From positions 2,944,001 through 3,008,000 of the forward strand of contig CAUVXB020000002.1 of assembly GCA_963555825.3 (NCBI GenBank): 64,000 bases of DNA. Direction: 5' to 3'. Shown piece by piece: positions 19,179 through 28,514 of the stretch (within the stretch, counting starts at the first letter, position 1; each line of letters opens with the position of its first letter). This DNA comes from Alphaproteobacteria bacterium. Its GTDB lineage: Bacteria; Pseudomonadota; Alphaproteobacteria; JAAXGF01. The notes under the pieces are model-generated. The model had not been told where the DNA came from and searched no databases. It saw nothing but the letters and a program-made list of their open reading frames with translations. The position numbers and the translations under genes were made by a program.

Positions 19179-19676
19179 TCAGCGACGGTGCCGGCCGGCC
19201 AGGATCAGCGCCGTGTAACCCACCAGCGCGAGCGCTTCGCGGGCCAGGTAATAGAGCCAGCGCGACGCCGGCTCGTCGCGCCAGCCACGCGTCACGGCGC
19301 TGGTCGCAAAGCGAACGCCCTGGCTGCGGAACGCCAGGGCGGCGCGCGGCATGTGCAGCCAGTCGGTGACGACGAGCGGGCGGGACCAGCCGCGCAAACG
19401 CAGCATGCGTACCGTGAAGATGGCGTTCTCCAGCGTCGAGCGCGAGTCGGTCTCAATCTCGATGCGGTCCTCGGGCACGCCGGCCTCGATGGCGAGATCG
19501 CGCATGATCTCGGCCTCGGGTGGCAAGCCGCCGATGCGGCCGCCGCTCATCAGCAGGCGGTCGGCCGCGCCGCCGTCGAACAACGCCACGGCGTGGTCCA
19601 CGCGGCGCCGTATCGCCCGGCTCGGCCGGCCGCCGGACAGCGCCCTGGCGCCCAACACGACGATGACGTCGGCCAC
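19179..19676 (-). CDS. YdcF/DUF218 (ElyC/SanA-like) protein
   Basis: DVIVVLG, LLMSGG, EAEIM, SRSTLENA, VVTDWLHMPRA, REALA. Confidence 0.9.
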   Translation of the reverse strand: MADVIVVLGARALSGGRPSRAIRRRVDHAVALFDGGAADRLLMSGGRIGGLPPEAEIMRDLAIEAGVPEDRIEIETDSRSTLENAIFTVRMLRLRGWSRPLVVTDWLHMPRAALAFRSQGVRFATSAVTRGWRDEPASRWLYYLAREALALVGYTALILAGRHRR

Positions 19677-19746
19677 CGGCTGTGCCGGCTTGCCTATGGC
19701 GCGATGCCTGCGGTTGGCATGCGGTCGATGTCGTCGGCCAGCCGCG

Positions 19747-19929
19747 CTAGCCGCGCGCGGCGCGCCGGGGCCGGCGCTTGAGTTCGCCGCCGCAATTGGG
19801 ACAGACGGCGTTCATCGCCGCCGTGCAGTCGCCGCAGAAGGTGCATTCATAGCTGCAGATGAAGGCCGCGTCGCCGTGCGCCAGCGCGAGGCGGCATTTC
19901 TCGCAGCTCTCTCTCATCTCCAACGCCAC
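19747..19929 (-). CDS. DUF1272 Cys-rich small protein
   Basis: LEMRESCEKC...ICSYECTFC...CPNCGGELKRRP. Confidence 0.88.
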   Translation of the reverse strand: MALEMRESCEKCRLALAHGDAAFICSYECTFCGDCTAAMNAVCPNCGGELKRRPRRAARG

Positions 19930-20784
19930 GGCCCGATCCTCTCGACAGTCAAATCTTCGCCGCGCTCGTCAGTTGGCGCGGGTCGGCCCACTACAGCGCG
20001 ATGCCGGGGTTGCGTTTGCGGTAGGTGTCGACAACCAGCGGGTTGATGAAGGGCAGCATGACGACGATCTCCTGGCCGGGCTTGCGCGCGAACCAGAGCA
20101 TCTGGCTGTACATGAACGAGCCGGGCAGGAAGCGATAATTCGCCGCGCCGCTCTCGCTCGCGTGCTTCTCAAGCACCTGGTGACGCAAATAGTCCTGCAT
20201 CGGCGCGACGTTCTTCTCGTCGAGCCGCGCTGTGAGTTCCTTGCGCGTCTCGGCGTCGATCTCCAGCTCGTCGTCGGATTTCGTGCTCAGCATTTGGTCG
20301 AGCCGGCTGATGCCCTGAAACATAAACCGATCGTTCGGCGCCAGCGCCGTCCTGCCGTCATAGTAGATCGGCTTGGCGCCCGCGAGCCCGCGCTTGAAGG
20401 GGTCGATGCCGGGTGGTTCCCATTTTCCATATGCTTTGACATTTCCTCCAGCGTTGAATTCCGTGGGCTCTTTTTTCGCGATTTCCAAATGTAAATGCGC
20501 CCAGGGAGTCCCCGTGCGACCCGAATACCCCATCACTGTATGTAGCCCAACGTTATTTTTTGCCAATTCTTTCCATGTCTTCGCATTCGGATCTATGTTT
20601 GTTGAATGCGACTTCAAATGCCTATGATCGACAAAGTAACGTGTTTTGTCTGCGGCTGTAGAAAAGACACTTATCAATTTGGCGTTTCGGCTGGTAACTC
20701 GATACTGAGCCCTACCTCTATGTGAGGTGGTCCCACTTTGTTGGACAGTTTGGCAGCGCGGTTAAGGTGTATTCCGTTGTTTGA

Positions 20785-21714
20785 TCATGCTGCCAAAATC
20801 CTTTTTATCACATCCTGTTGCTGTTGTTGAGCCTGTGGGGATGTGGGCAAGGCGCGAGCCTTGTCCATCATATCCACAGGTTGACCGGCCCCGTAGGCCT
20901 CGGCCGGCGTTTGACCGTCGAGGGACGAATGGGGCCGCTCGGTGTTGTAGAAGCCGATCCACTCGCCGATGACCCGTTCGGCGTGGAAGCCGTCGGTGAG
21001 CTCGTGTAGGTAGACCGCCTCATACTTGAGAGACCGCCACAGGCGCTCGATGAAGATGTTGTCCATGCAGCGGCCCCGACCGTCCATGGAGATGCGGATG
21101 CTCGCGTTCTTGAGCACGCCGGTGAAGTCGAGGCTGGTGAACTGGCTGCCCTGATCCGTATTGAATATCTCCGGCTGGCCGTAGCGGGCCAGCGCGTCGC
21201 CCAAGGCCTCGGCGCAGAATCCAGCGTCCATGGTGTTCGACAGCCGCCAGGATAAAACGTGGCGCGTCGCCCAGTCCATGATCGCTACCAGGTACAGAAA
21301 GCCACGCTGGACGGGGATATAGGTGATGTCGGCGCACCAGACCCGATTGGGCTGGTCGATAGCCATCCCTTTGAGAAGATAAGGATAAATCCGGTGCATG
21401 GGATGCGGCACGCTGGTTCTCGGCGCCTGATAGATCGCCTCCAGGCCTATCAATCGCATCAACCTGCGAACCCGGTGACGGCCGACGCAAACGCCGTCCC
21501 GCCGCAACTGGCGGACCATCTGGCGGCTGCCGTAGAACGGGTACTTCATGAACAACTCGTCGATCCGACGCATCAGCGCCAGACTCGAAGGGCTCTCCCC
21601 CCTGGGCGCATAATAGAACGAGGACCGGCCGATCGAAAGCAGGCGGCATTGACGGCTCAAGCTCAGCTCGGGGGCGTCGCGTGTGATCATCGCCTTGCGC
21701 TCCCCCCGGCTCAT
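20785..21714 (-). CDS. IS3 transposase OrfB (DDE)
   Basis: WCADITY, FNTDQGSQF, DNIFIERLWRSLKYE. Confidence 0.95.
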   Translation of the reverse strand: MSRGERKAMITRDAPELSLSRQCRLLSIGRSSFYYAPRGESPSSLALMRRIDELFMKYPFYGSRQMVRQLRRDGVCVGRHRVRRLMRLIGLEAIYQAPRTSVPHPMHRIYPYLLKGMAIDQPNRVWCADITYIPVQRGFLYLVAIMDWATRHVLSWRLSNTMDAGFCAEALGDALARYGQPEIFNTDQGSQFTSLDFTGVLKNASIRISMDGRGRCMDNIFIERLWRSLKYEAVYLHELTDGFHAERVIGEWIGFYNTERPHSSLDGQTPAEAYGAGQPVDMMDKARALPTSPQAQQQQQDVIKRILAA

Positions 21715-21992
21715 CGCTTGAGCCCTCTGGCTAAAAAATCCCGTTCCACCGTCAGCTCGCCGATCTTGGCGTGAAGGTCGCGGACCTCGGATTCATGATC
21801 CCGGCAAGCGCGGTTGGCGCCGTTCGAAAACACTTCGCCCAGACCGTCCACCGCCTGGCGCTTCCAGGCGCTCACCTGGTTCGGATGCACCTTGTGCTTG
21901 GCCGCGATCTGCTGGATCGTCTTGTCGCCCCGCAGCGCTTCCAGCGCCACCCGGGCCTTGAATTCCGCCGTAAACCGGCGTCGATTCGTCAT
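21711..21992 (-). CDS. IS3 transposase OrfA (HTH)
   Basis: RRRFTAEFKARVALEA...LHAKIGELTVERDFL. Confidence 0.93.
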   Translation of the reverse strand: MTNRRRFTAEFKARVALEALRGDKTIQQIAAKHKVHPNQVSAWKRQAVDGLGEVFSNGANRACRDHESEVRDLHAKIGELTVERDFLARGLKR

Positions 21993-23227
21993 CTCGTATT
22001 CCTCCGTTATCCGGTGGAATACACCTTAGCTCCCTGTCCGATTTTCTGGGACCACCTCAATGTGCCGGCACGATTGGGGTCCCGGTTGAGGCCACATAAT
22101 CTACCGCTCCAAATGGGACGCGGCGCGGGCTCCATGCTTGATGGTCCACGAAATCGCGATACTTCCCTCGCCTCGGGTCCATGAACAACGGCGGTCCGTA
22201 GACCGGATCGTGGCGCATTAGCCGAGCCTGCCAGTCGCTTGACGGGCCGCCGGGGGTGTCGTCGGCCGGCTTGGGCGCCGCTGACGTCGCGCTCGCCCCG
22301 GTGTTGTGTTCGGTGGCGCGGGCCTCGGGCAGGCGTGCCAGGAAGGCGCTGGCGGCGGCGCCGGCGGCGATGTTCAGGAAGCGCCGTTTCTCGGGACAGA
22401 AGACCGGCGCGTTGCGCGCCAAGGTCTCGAAGAGGTGCGCCGCGCCGTCGACCAGCCGCGCCTCGCGCACCCGCTCCTCGATCGCGCCGATATAGGGTTC
22501 GAACGGTTTCATCGGACCCTATCAAACGCCCGAAACCGCCTCGCCGTCAATCGGCATGCTACGACCCGAAACATCCCGTGCAAATGGACGAGGCGGCGAT
22601 AACGGCGCCCGTCGCGTGCAACAACGTGGAATAGGCGCGCTGCTTAGATATATTCGTGGCGCGAAGTCGCTTGGCCGCTCATCGGCTTGTCTCGGTAGTG
22701 GAGCGCGTTGGTTGGCTTGTCGATGGGGATGACGACATCGGAATCTTGATCCGAGATTTCACTTACTGTTAATCCTTAGCCCATGCAAGGTAACGGATAG
22801 CTGAAGTGAATCCCTTGTTTGCCGGAAAGAAGCTCTTGGTTACCTCTTCGGGGGAAGTCGGGTCCGTAGCACCTGGCTTTACCCAAATCCGTCCAAAAGA
22901 AAGCAGGGTTAAGCGTATGCCAAGGTTTACTTGACTGTTCTTTGCCCCTGGGCTCCCGCACTATCACCTCAAAATGCAGATGGGATGTACCAGTGTATAT
23001 CCTGCCGGAATGGCCCACTTCGCCTATTTTGGTTCCCCGCATGGCAATCTTAGACGAAAATTTAGAATAATCTCCTTTTTCAGGAAGTTCAGTCTTGTTT
23101 AAATGGGCGTAAATGGTTGCGATTTCAAAAAAAATCTTTTGCTGGCCGGACCCACAATTGTTCGTAGTGATATAGAATATTCTGCAGTCCTCTGTATCGC
23201 ACCCGGTTCCTTGGACACAAGTTTGTC

Positions 23228-24139
23228 TCATGCGGCGGGCCTGAGTGACATCGCGGTGTGCCACGCCTGACGAGCTTGAGCGGGGCTCAGGTAGCCGTTC
23301 TTCTCCACGATCCACTGGGCATTGTACTGTTCGACGAACCCGCGGACGGCGTTCCGCAGCTCCGCGATGTTGCGGTAGATGCGGCCATGGATGATCTGTT
23401 CCTTGAGCGTGCGATTGAACCTCTCGGCGACGCCGTTGGTCTGGGGCTGTTCGACGAAGGCGTAGGACGGCTGGATGCCCCAGAACTTGATCTGGTTGGT
23501 GAAGTGGTCCGACAGATACTGGGAGCCGTGATCCATCCGCAAGGCCAGCCCCCGCGCCGCACCGGCGGAGGTCGAGGCATACAGCCTCGCAAGCCCCATG
23601 GAGATCGGCTGAAGGGCGGCGAAGCGGTCGCCTCGCTTGCACACATGCCAGCCGACGCACTCGGCGTTCCAATGCTCGATGGCGGTGAATATCCAGCCCC
23701 AGCCGTCGTCCACCGTGAACACCCGAACGCCGTCCGTGCCCCACATGAGGTTGGGGGCATGGGTGATGATCTCACCGACATGGGGATTTCCGCCACGGCG
23801 GCGGCAGCGATGGGGCGAGAGCAGGTTGTTCTCGCGCATCACCCGGAGCCCCCGCTTGCGGGAAACACGGATGCCACGACAGACCCGAAGCCGAGCCCAG
23901 ACCTTGCGGTGTCCCTCGCCCTCCCAGGGGGATGCCTCCAGGTCGGCCTCGATGGCCACCAGCAGAGCCTCGTCCGAGATCGAGGGCTTCGGTCCCCGGC
24001 GCTTTGCTGGTGGGCGCTCAGCGGTGGCCTGCTGCCGGGATTTCATGGCGTAGAACGAGGAACGGGCAAAACCCCAGGCCGCACAGACCCGCTGGAGGCC
24101 GTAGGCCAAACCCGTGCCGGGAGAGGTGGCGGCACTCAT
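23228..24139 (-). CDS. Transposase, integrase core (DDE)
   Basis: WGTDG, LRMDHGSQY, NGVAERFNRTLKEQ. Confidence 0.92.
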   Translation of the reverse strand: MSAATSPGTGLAYGLQRVCAAWGFARSSFYAMKSRQQATAERPPAKRRGPKPSISDEALLVAIEADLEASPWEGEGHRKVWARLRVCRGIRVSRKRGLRVMRENNLLSPHRCRRRGGNPHVGEIITHAPNLMWGTDGVRVFTVDDGWGWIFTAIEHWNAECVGWHVCKRGDRFAALQPISMGLARLYASTSAGAARGLALRMDHGSQYLSDHFTNQIKFWGIQPSYAFVEQPQTNGVAERFNRTLKEQIIHGRIYRNIAELRNAVRGFVEQYNAQWIVEKNGYLSPAQARQAWHTAMSLRPAA

Positions 24140-24567
24140 CGCCGCGACCTCCGCCGCCCCAAAGGGCCGGACGTCTCCGTCTTGGCCTCCAGCAGTTCCA
24201 CCTGCATGATCAACTCCCCGATCCGCTTCATGGCGATGTCCAGTTCCGCCTTCACCGGATCGCCCTTGCGTTCCTTGAGCGAGGCATCGATCCCGGCGAT
24301 CGCCTTCTCACGCCACTGCTCGAGCCGGAAAATCTCCACGCCCAACTGCCGCGACAAAAGTTCCACCGGCTCGCCACGCAAAAGCCGCAGGGCAACCTCA
24401 CGCTTGCGCGTCACCGTCCACCGCTGGCCAAGTCCCAGCGGGCCTGCCGGCGAAACCTGGCCCGGGGAAAACGTGGACGAGCCAAGCTCGCCCTCGTTTA
24501 CCACAGGCCCATCAACAGCAACTTTGTTCTCAAAATTGTCGGTCATGTTCCGGTCCTCCTTGGACAC
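24136..24567 (-). CDS. Transposase OrfA (HTH)
   Basis: RWTVTRKREVALRLLRGE...KRIGELIMQVELL; ATGA overlap with OrfB; start may be 24546. Confidence 0.8.
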   Translation of the reverse strand: MSKEDRNMTDNFENKVAVDGPVVNEGELGSSTFSPGQVSPAGPLGLGQRWTVTRKREVALRLLRGEPVELLSRQLGVEIFRLEQWREKAIAGIDASLKERKGDPVKAELDIAMKRIGELIMQVELLEAKTETSGPLGRRRSRR

Positions 24568-25351
24568 TTCGATTAAGCCAATTCTGTGTCCAAGGAAATC
24601 GGGTCCGACTCATATTCTGCAGTCCTCCATTGTATTTTTTCTCAAAATAACCTGCACTCCAGGCCACAGCAAGTACATTAGTTCCTTTGGCGGCCTCAAT
24701 ATCTAATCCCTTGTGGGGTGTGGGTCGGGCTTGGGGATGGTATCCTCTCCTTGTACCGTAACCGAACCGTATAATTCCGAGTGCGTCTGCTGGGGCGTAA
24801 TTCGGAGCCAATTCCTTGAGTGGTTTGAACAAACGGGCGTAGTCCAATCCAGAAGCTTGCTGTGTGGCTGGAGAATCGATTTTATTTTTGGGGCTGTCCT
24901 AGCTAAGCGGCATGCTTAGGCTAGGATGGCGGGATGTACGAGAGGAAAAGCCGGCTCAGTGATTGGAAGCGCGGTCGTCTGATTGAGCACTTCGTTGCGG
25001 GTACGACGGCTCGGGCAGCAGCCGAACTGGTTGGCGTCCACCGGAACACGGCGGCCTCGTTTTATACTCGGCTTCGCAAGGTGATTGCCGAGGAAATGGA
25101 GAAGGCCTCGCCTTTTGCCGGAGAGATCGAGGTTGATGAGAGTTATTTTGGCGGCCGCCGCAAAGGCAAGCGGGGTCGAGGCGCTGGCGGAAAAGTCCCG
25201 GTTTTCGGGCTTTTGAAGCGAGGTGGGAAGGTCTGAGAACGGCAGAGCAATAATCCCCCACTGAAGCGGCCGGTCGATCCGGCTGCGGCGGACCAAAATG
25301 GGACCGCGTATAGCCTTCTGTCAGGGTTGCTCTGACTGGAAGGCGGGGGGG

Positions 25352-26851
25352 ATGTATCGGGTGGAGTTGTACGCACGGGTTCGGCGGGCGTGTCATGTCG
25401 AGGGGATGAGCACCCGCGAGGCCTCGCGGGTGTTTGGTGTAGACCGCAAGACGGTCCGTAAGATGCTGTCGTTCTCGGTGCCGCCAGGGTATCGCCGAAG
25501 CGCGCCGCCGAGGCGGCCAAAGCTGGGTCCGTTCACGGGAATCATCGATCGGATCTTGGAAGACGATCGGACCAGCCACCGCAAGCAACGGCACACTGCG
25601 AAGCGCATCTTCGACCGCCTCCGGGACGAGTACGGTTTCACGGGCGGCTACACCATCGTGAAGGACTACGTTCGTGAGCAGGGGCTTCGGTCGCGTGAGG
25701 TGTTCGTGCCACTCTCCCATTCCCCCGGTCACGCCCAGGCGGACTTCGGCGAAGCGATGGCGGTGATCGGCGGCGCGTTACGGAAGATCCACTTCCTTGC
25801 CTTCGACCTTCCCCACAGTGATGGTTGCTTTGTTGCGGCCTATCCGGCGGAGACGACCGAAGCATTCTGCGATGGCCACAACGCGGCGTTTGCCTTCTTC
25901 GGCGGCGTCCCCCGATCCATCCTGTACGACAACACCAAGCTGGCGGTTGCCCGGATCCTGGGCGATGGGAAGCGGCAGCGAACGCGCGTCTTCACGGAGC
26001 TTCAGTCCCACTATCTGTTCGAGGACAGGTTCGGCCGGCCGGGCAAGGGCAACGACAAGGGCAAGGTCGAGGGACTGGTCGGCTTCATCCGGCGGAACTT
26101 CCTGGTCCCCGTCCCGCGTGCCGAGAGCTTCGCGGCCCTCAACGATGCTCTCGCCGAACAGTGCCGCCGGCGCCAGGCGGCGCGGCTGCGGGGCCACAAG
26201 GAGACCATCGGCGAGCGTCTCGAGCGGGATCGTCAAGTTCTCTTGCCATTGCCGCCTGCTCCCTATGATGCCTGCGATAAGCGCCCTGGACGGGCGAGTT
26301 CGCTGTCGCTGGTGCGTTACCGCAGCAACGACTATTCCGTGCCCGTGGCCTACGGCCACCGTGAGGTGCTCATCCGGGGCTACGTCGATGAGGTGGTGAT
26401 CAGCTGCGGGGCCGAGGTGATCGCCCGGCACCGCCGGTCCTACGACAGCGAGGACCTGATCTTCGACCCGCTGCATTACCTGCCCTTGATCGAGCAGAAG
26501 ATCGGCGCCCTCGACCAGGCCGCGCCATTGGCGGGCTGGGACCTGCCCGAGGCCTTCATCACTCTGCGGCGGCTCCTCGAAGCTCGTATGGGCAAGGCAG
26601 GCAAGCGCGAGTACGTCCAGGTGCTCCGTCTACTGGAGACCTTCCGGCTCGAGGAGGTCGAGGGTGCGGTCGGCGACGCCCTGCGGCTCGGCGCAATCGG
26701 CTTTGATGCGGTGAAGCACCTGGTACTGTGCCGCATCGAGCGGCGGCCGCCCAGGCTCAACCTCGACGTCTATCCGTATCTGCCGCGCGCCCGGGTCGCG
26801 ATGACGTCCGCCAAGTCGTACATGAGCCTGCTGTCGGGGCTCGGCGCATGA
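25352..26851 (+). CDS. istA: IS21 transposase
   Basis: AQADFG, ILYDN, DKGKVEGLV, NDYSVP. Confidence 0.95.
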   Translation: MYRVELYARVRRACHVEGMSTREASRVFGVDRKTVRKMLSFSVPPGYRRSAPPRRPKLGPFTGIIDRILEDDRTSHRKQRHTAKRIFDRLRDEYGFTGGYTIVKDYVREQGLRSREVFVPLSHSPGHAQADFGEAMAVIGGALRKIHFLAFDLPHSDGCFVAAYPAETTEAFCDGHNAAFAFFGGVPRSILYDNTKLAVARILGDGKRQRTRVFTELQSHYLFEDRFGRPGKGNDKGKVEGLVGFIRRNFLVPVPRAESFAALNDALAEQCRRRQAARLRGHKETIGERLERDRQVLLPLPPAPYDACDKRPGRASSLSLVRYRSNDYSVPVAYGHREVLIRGYVDEVVISCGAEVIARHRRSYDSEDLIFDPLHYLPLIEQKIGALDQAAPLAGWDLPEAFITLRRLLEARMGKAGKREYVQVLRLLETFRLEEVEGAVGDALRLGAIGFDAVKHLVLCRIERRPPRLNLDVYPYLPRARVAMTSAKSYMSLLSGLGA

Positions 26852-27612
26852 CCGACACACCGCAAGTGCTGCTCGCCCACCACCTCAAGACGCTGAAGCT
26901 GCCGACCTTCCTGCGCGAGTACGACAAGATCGCCCGGCAGTGCGCCTCGGAAGGCGTCGATCACGTCCGCTACCTGTTGAGACTCGCCGAGCTCGAGCTG
27001 ATCGACCGCGAGCGCCGCATGGTCGAGCGGCGCATCAAGGCGGCGCGCTTCCCCGTGGTCAAGAGCCTCGACAGCTTCGACTTCAAGGTCATCCCCTCGC
27101 TCAACAAGGCGCTGGTCCTGGAGCTGGCCCGCTGCGAGTACATCGAGCGCCGCGAGAACCTCATCGCGCTCGGCAACAGTGGGACCGGCAAGACCCACAT
27201 CGCCCTCGGTCTCGGCCTGGCGGCCTGCCAGAAGGGCCTCTCGGTCGGCTTCATCACCGCCGCCGCGCTGGTCCACGAACTCATCGAGGCCCGCGATGAC
27301 AAGCAGCTGCTGAGGTTCCAGAAGAAGCTCGCCACCTACAAGCTTCTGATCGTCGACGAACTCGGCTTCGTGCCGCTGTCGAAGACCGGCGCCGAGCTGT
27401 TGTTCGAGGTGTTCAGCCAACGCTACGAGCGGGGCTCGACCCTGGTCACCACCAATCTGCCCTTCGACGAATGGACCGAGGTGTTCGGCTCCGAGCGCCT
27501 CACCGGCGCGCTCCTCGATCGCCTCACCCACCACGTCAACATCCTCGAGATGAACGGTGACAGCTACAGGCTCAACCAGAGCCGCAGGCGTCAAACCCCG
27601 ACTGCTAACTGA
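26848..27612 (+). CDS. istB: IS21 helper ATPase
   Basis: GNSGTGKTH, LLIVDELG, LLDRLTHH. Confidence 0.95.
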   Translation: MTDTPQVLLAHHLKTLKLPTFLREYDKIARQCASEGVDHVRYLLRLAELELIDRERRMVERRIKAARFPVVKSLDSFDFKVIPSLNKALVLELARCEYIERRENLIALGNSGTGKTHIALGLGLAACQKGLSVGFITAAALVHELIEARDDKQLLRFQKKLATYKLLIVDELGFVPLSKTGAELLFEVFSQRYERGSTLVTTNLPFDEWTEVFGSERLTGALLDRLTHHVNILEMNGDSYRLNQSRRRQTPTAN

Positions 27613-28514
27613 ACCGACCACCCAGCCCACGCTTGACCCCGTGGGCCCACAGGTCCCTCCCGCGCGCGCCGCCGCGTCAGCCTGTTGAGGGCACGCCGCG
27701 TCGCGCGCGGGGCCCTCCCGTGGACTACGGGGACAAGCCCGCAGCCGCCAAGCGGTCCCTTCTTACACCGCCGAGGTGGTCCCTTTTTGCTCCGCCATTG
27801 ACAAAGGTCTACACGGCGATGATTCCCAATGCCCGGACTGCCACGTTGATGCCGATTATGGAGCGTATGATCCGGCCTGACAGCATCGTCTATACGGACG
27901 GCTTTTCGAGCTATGATGCCCTGGACGTTTCGGACTTCCACCATGTTCGGATCAATCACTCGGAGCGGTTCGTCGACGAGCGGAGCCATATCAACGGGAT
28001 CGAGAACTTCTGGAACCAGGCGAAGCGGCATTTACGGCGCTTCAATGGCGTCCCGAAACAGAGCTTTCACCTGTTCCTCAAGGAGTGCGAATGGCGGTTC
28101 AACGGAGGTGACCACCGAGAACTGCTTAACCAATTGAAGACATGGATTATTTTGAGACAGAAACGCCCTTAGCTAGGACAGCCCGTTATGTTTTTTGGGT
28201 ATAGTACCATCTCCCTCGCCGGCTAGGGCCGATTGCAGCGCACCAGGGGCGGCTAGGCTGGCCAAACAGTTAGCCTCCATGAACTGTCTTCTGGACATGT
28301 TATGGGCATCGGCCTTTTCGGCCTGTTCTTCTCGAACCTCTCGCGCAAGGGCTTCGAGGATATCGACTGTGTCCGGGTCGAGCCGGCCTGGTCTGGCGTT
28401 CGCTGATTCCGGCAATACAAGGTCATCAAACCTAACCATTTTGATCATTCCCTCATCGCGATGACGTTCTCTGCGATACTCAGATGACGTCGCCCGTACG
28501 CGGCCCGCCACCTC

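Larger units (their letters stand above)
20723..22059 (-). mobile_element. IS3 family insertion sequence
   Basis: TIRs TGAGGTGGTCCCA / TGGGACCACCTCA; 3-bp TSD ATG (20720-22, 22060-62). Confidence 0.93.
19991..22512 (-). pseudogene. M23 family peptidase 1, split by IS3
   Basis: Removing 20723-22059 and one ATG duplication joins ...GAVDYVASTGTPIVPAH|RGRAQYRVTSRNAKLISVF... in frame. HRHL and GYSGRTG...HLHLEI motifs; KRRFL twin-arginine motif. Confidence 0.82.
23193..24612 (-). mobile_element. IS3/IS481-like insertion sequence with 15-bp target duplication
   Basis: Imperfect TIRs TGTATCGCACCCGGTTCCTTGGACACA / TGTGTCCAAGGAAATCGGGTCCGACTCA; TATTCTGCAGTCCTC at 23178-23192 and 24613-24627. Confidence 0.9.
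25234..27803 (+). mobile_element. IS21 family insertion sequence
   Basis: TG...CA ends with imperfect TIRs; 6-bp TSD AAGGTC (25228-33, 27804-09); istA-istB. Confidence 0.93.
24934..28172 (+). pseudogene. IS1595 transposase, split
   Basis: EVDESYFGG...VFGLLKRGGKV|YTAMIP...IVYTDG...NH...HINGIENFW...ECEWRFN joins in frame after removing IS21. Confidence 0.9.
24890..28185 (+). mobile_element. IS1595 family (IS1016-like) element interrupted by IS21
   Basis: TIRs GGGCTGTCCTAGCTAAG / CTTAGCTAGGACAGCCC; near-duplicate 8-mers TTATTTTT / TTATGTTT on the flanks. Confidence 0.9.
22776..28448 (-). pseudogene. M23 family peptidase 2, split by two IS insertions plus a frameshift
   Basis: Pieces 28448-28186, 24881-24613 and 23177-22776 join as ...SRRQF...PKKHKIDS...HKGLDIEAAKGTNV...GGLQNILYH...(T8 run)...TIYAHL...GTKIGEVGHSG...HLHFEV...LNP. 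Confidence 0.82.

Noticed and set aside
22776-23744. 322-aa ORF as a real fusion protein
   Set aside because: It is an off-frame read through the IS into the M23 3' fragment.
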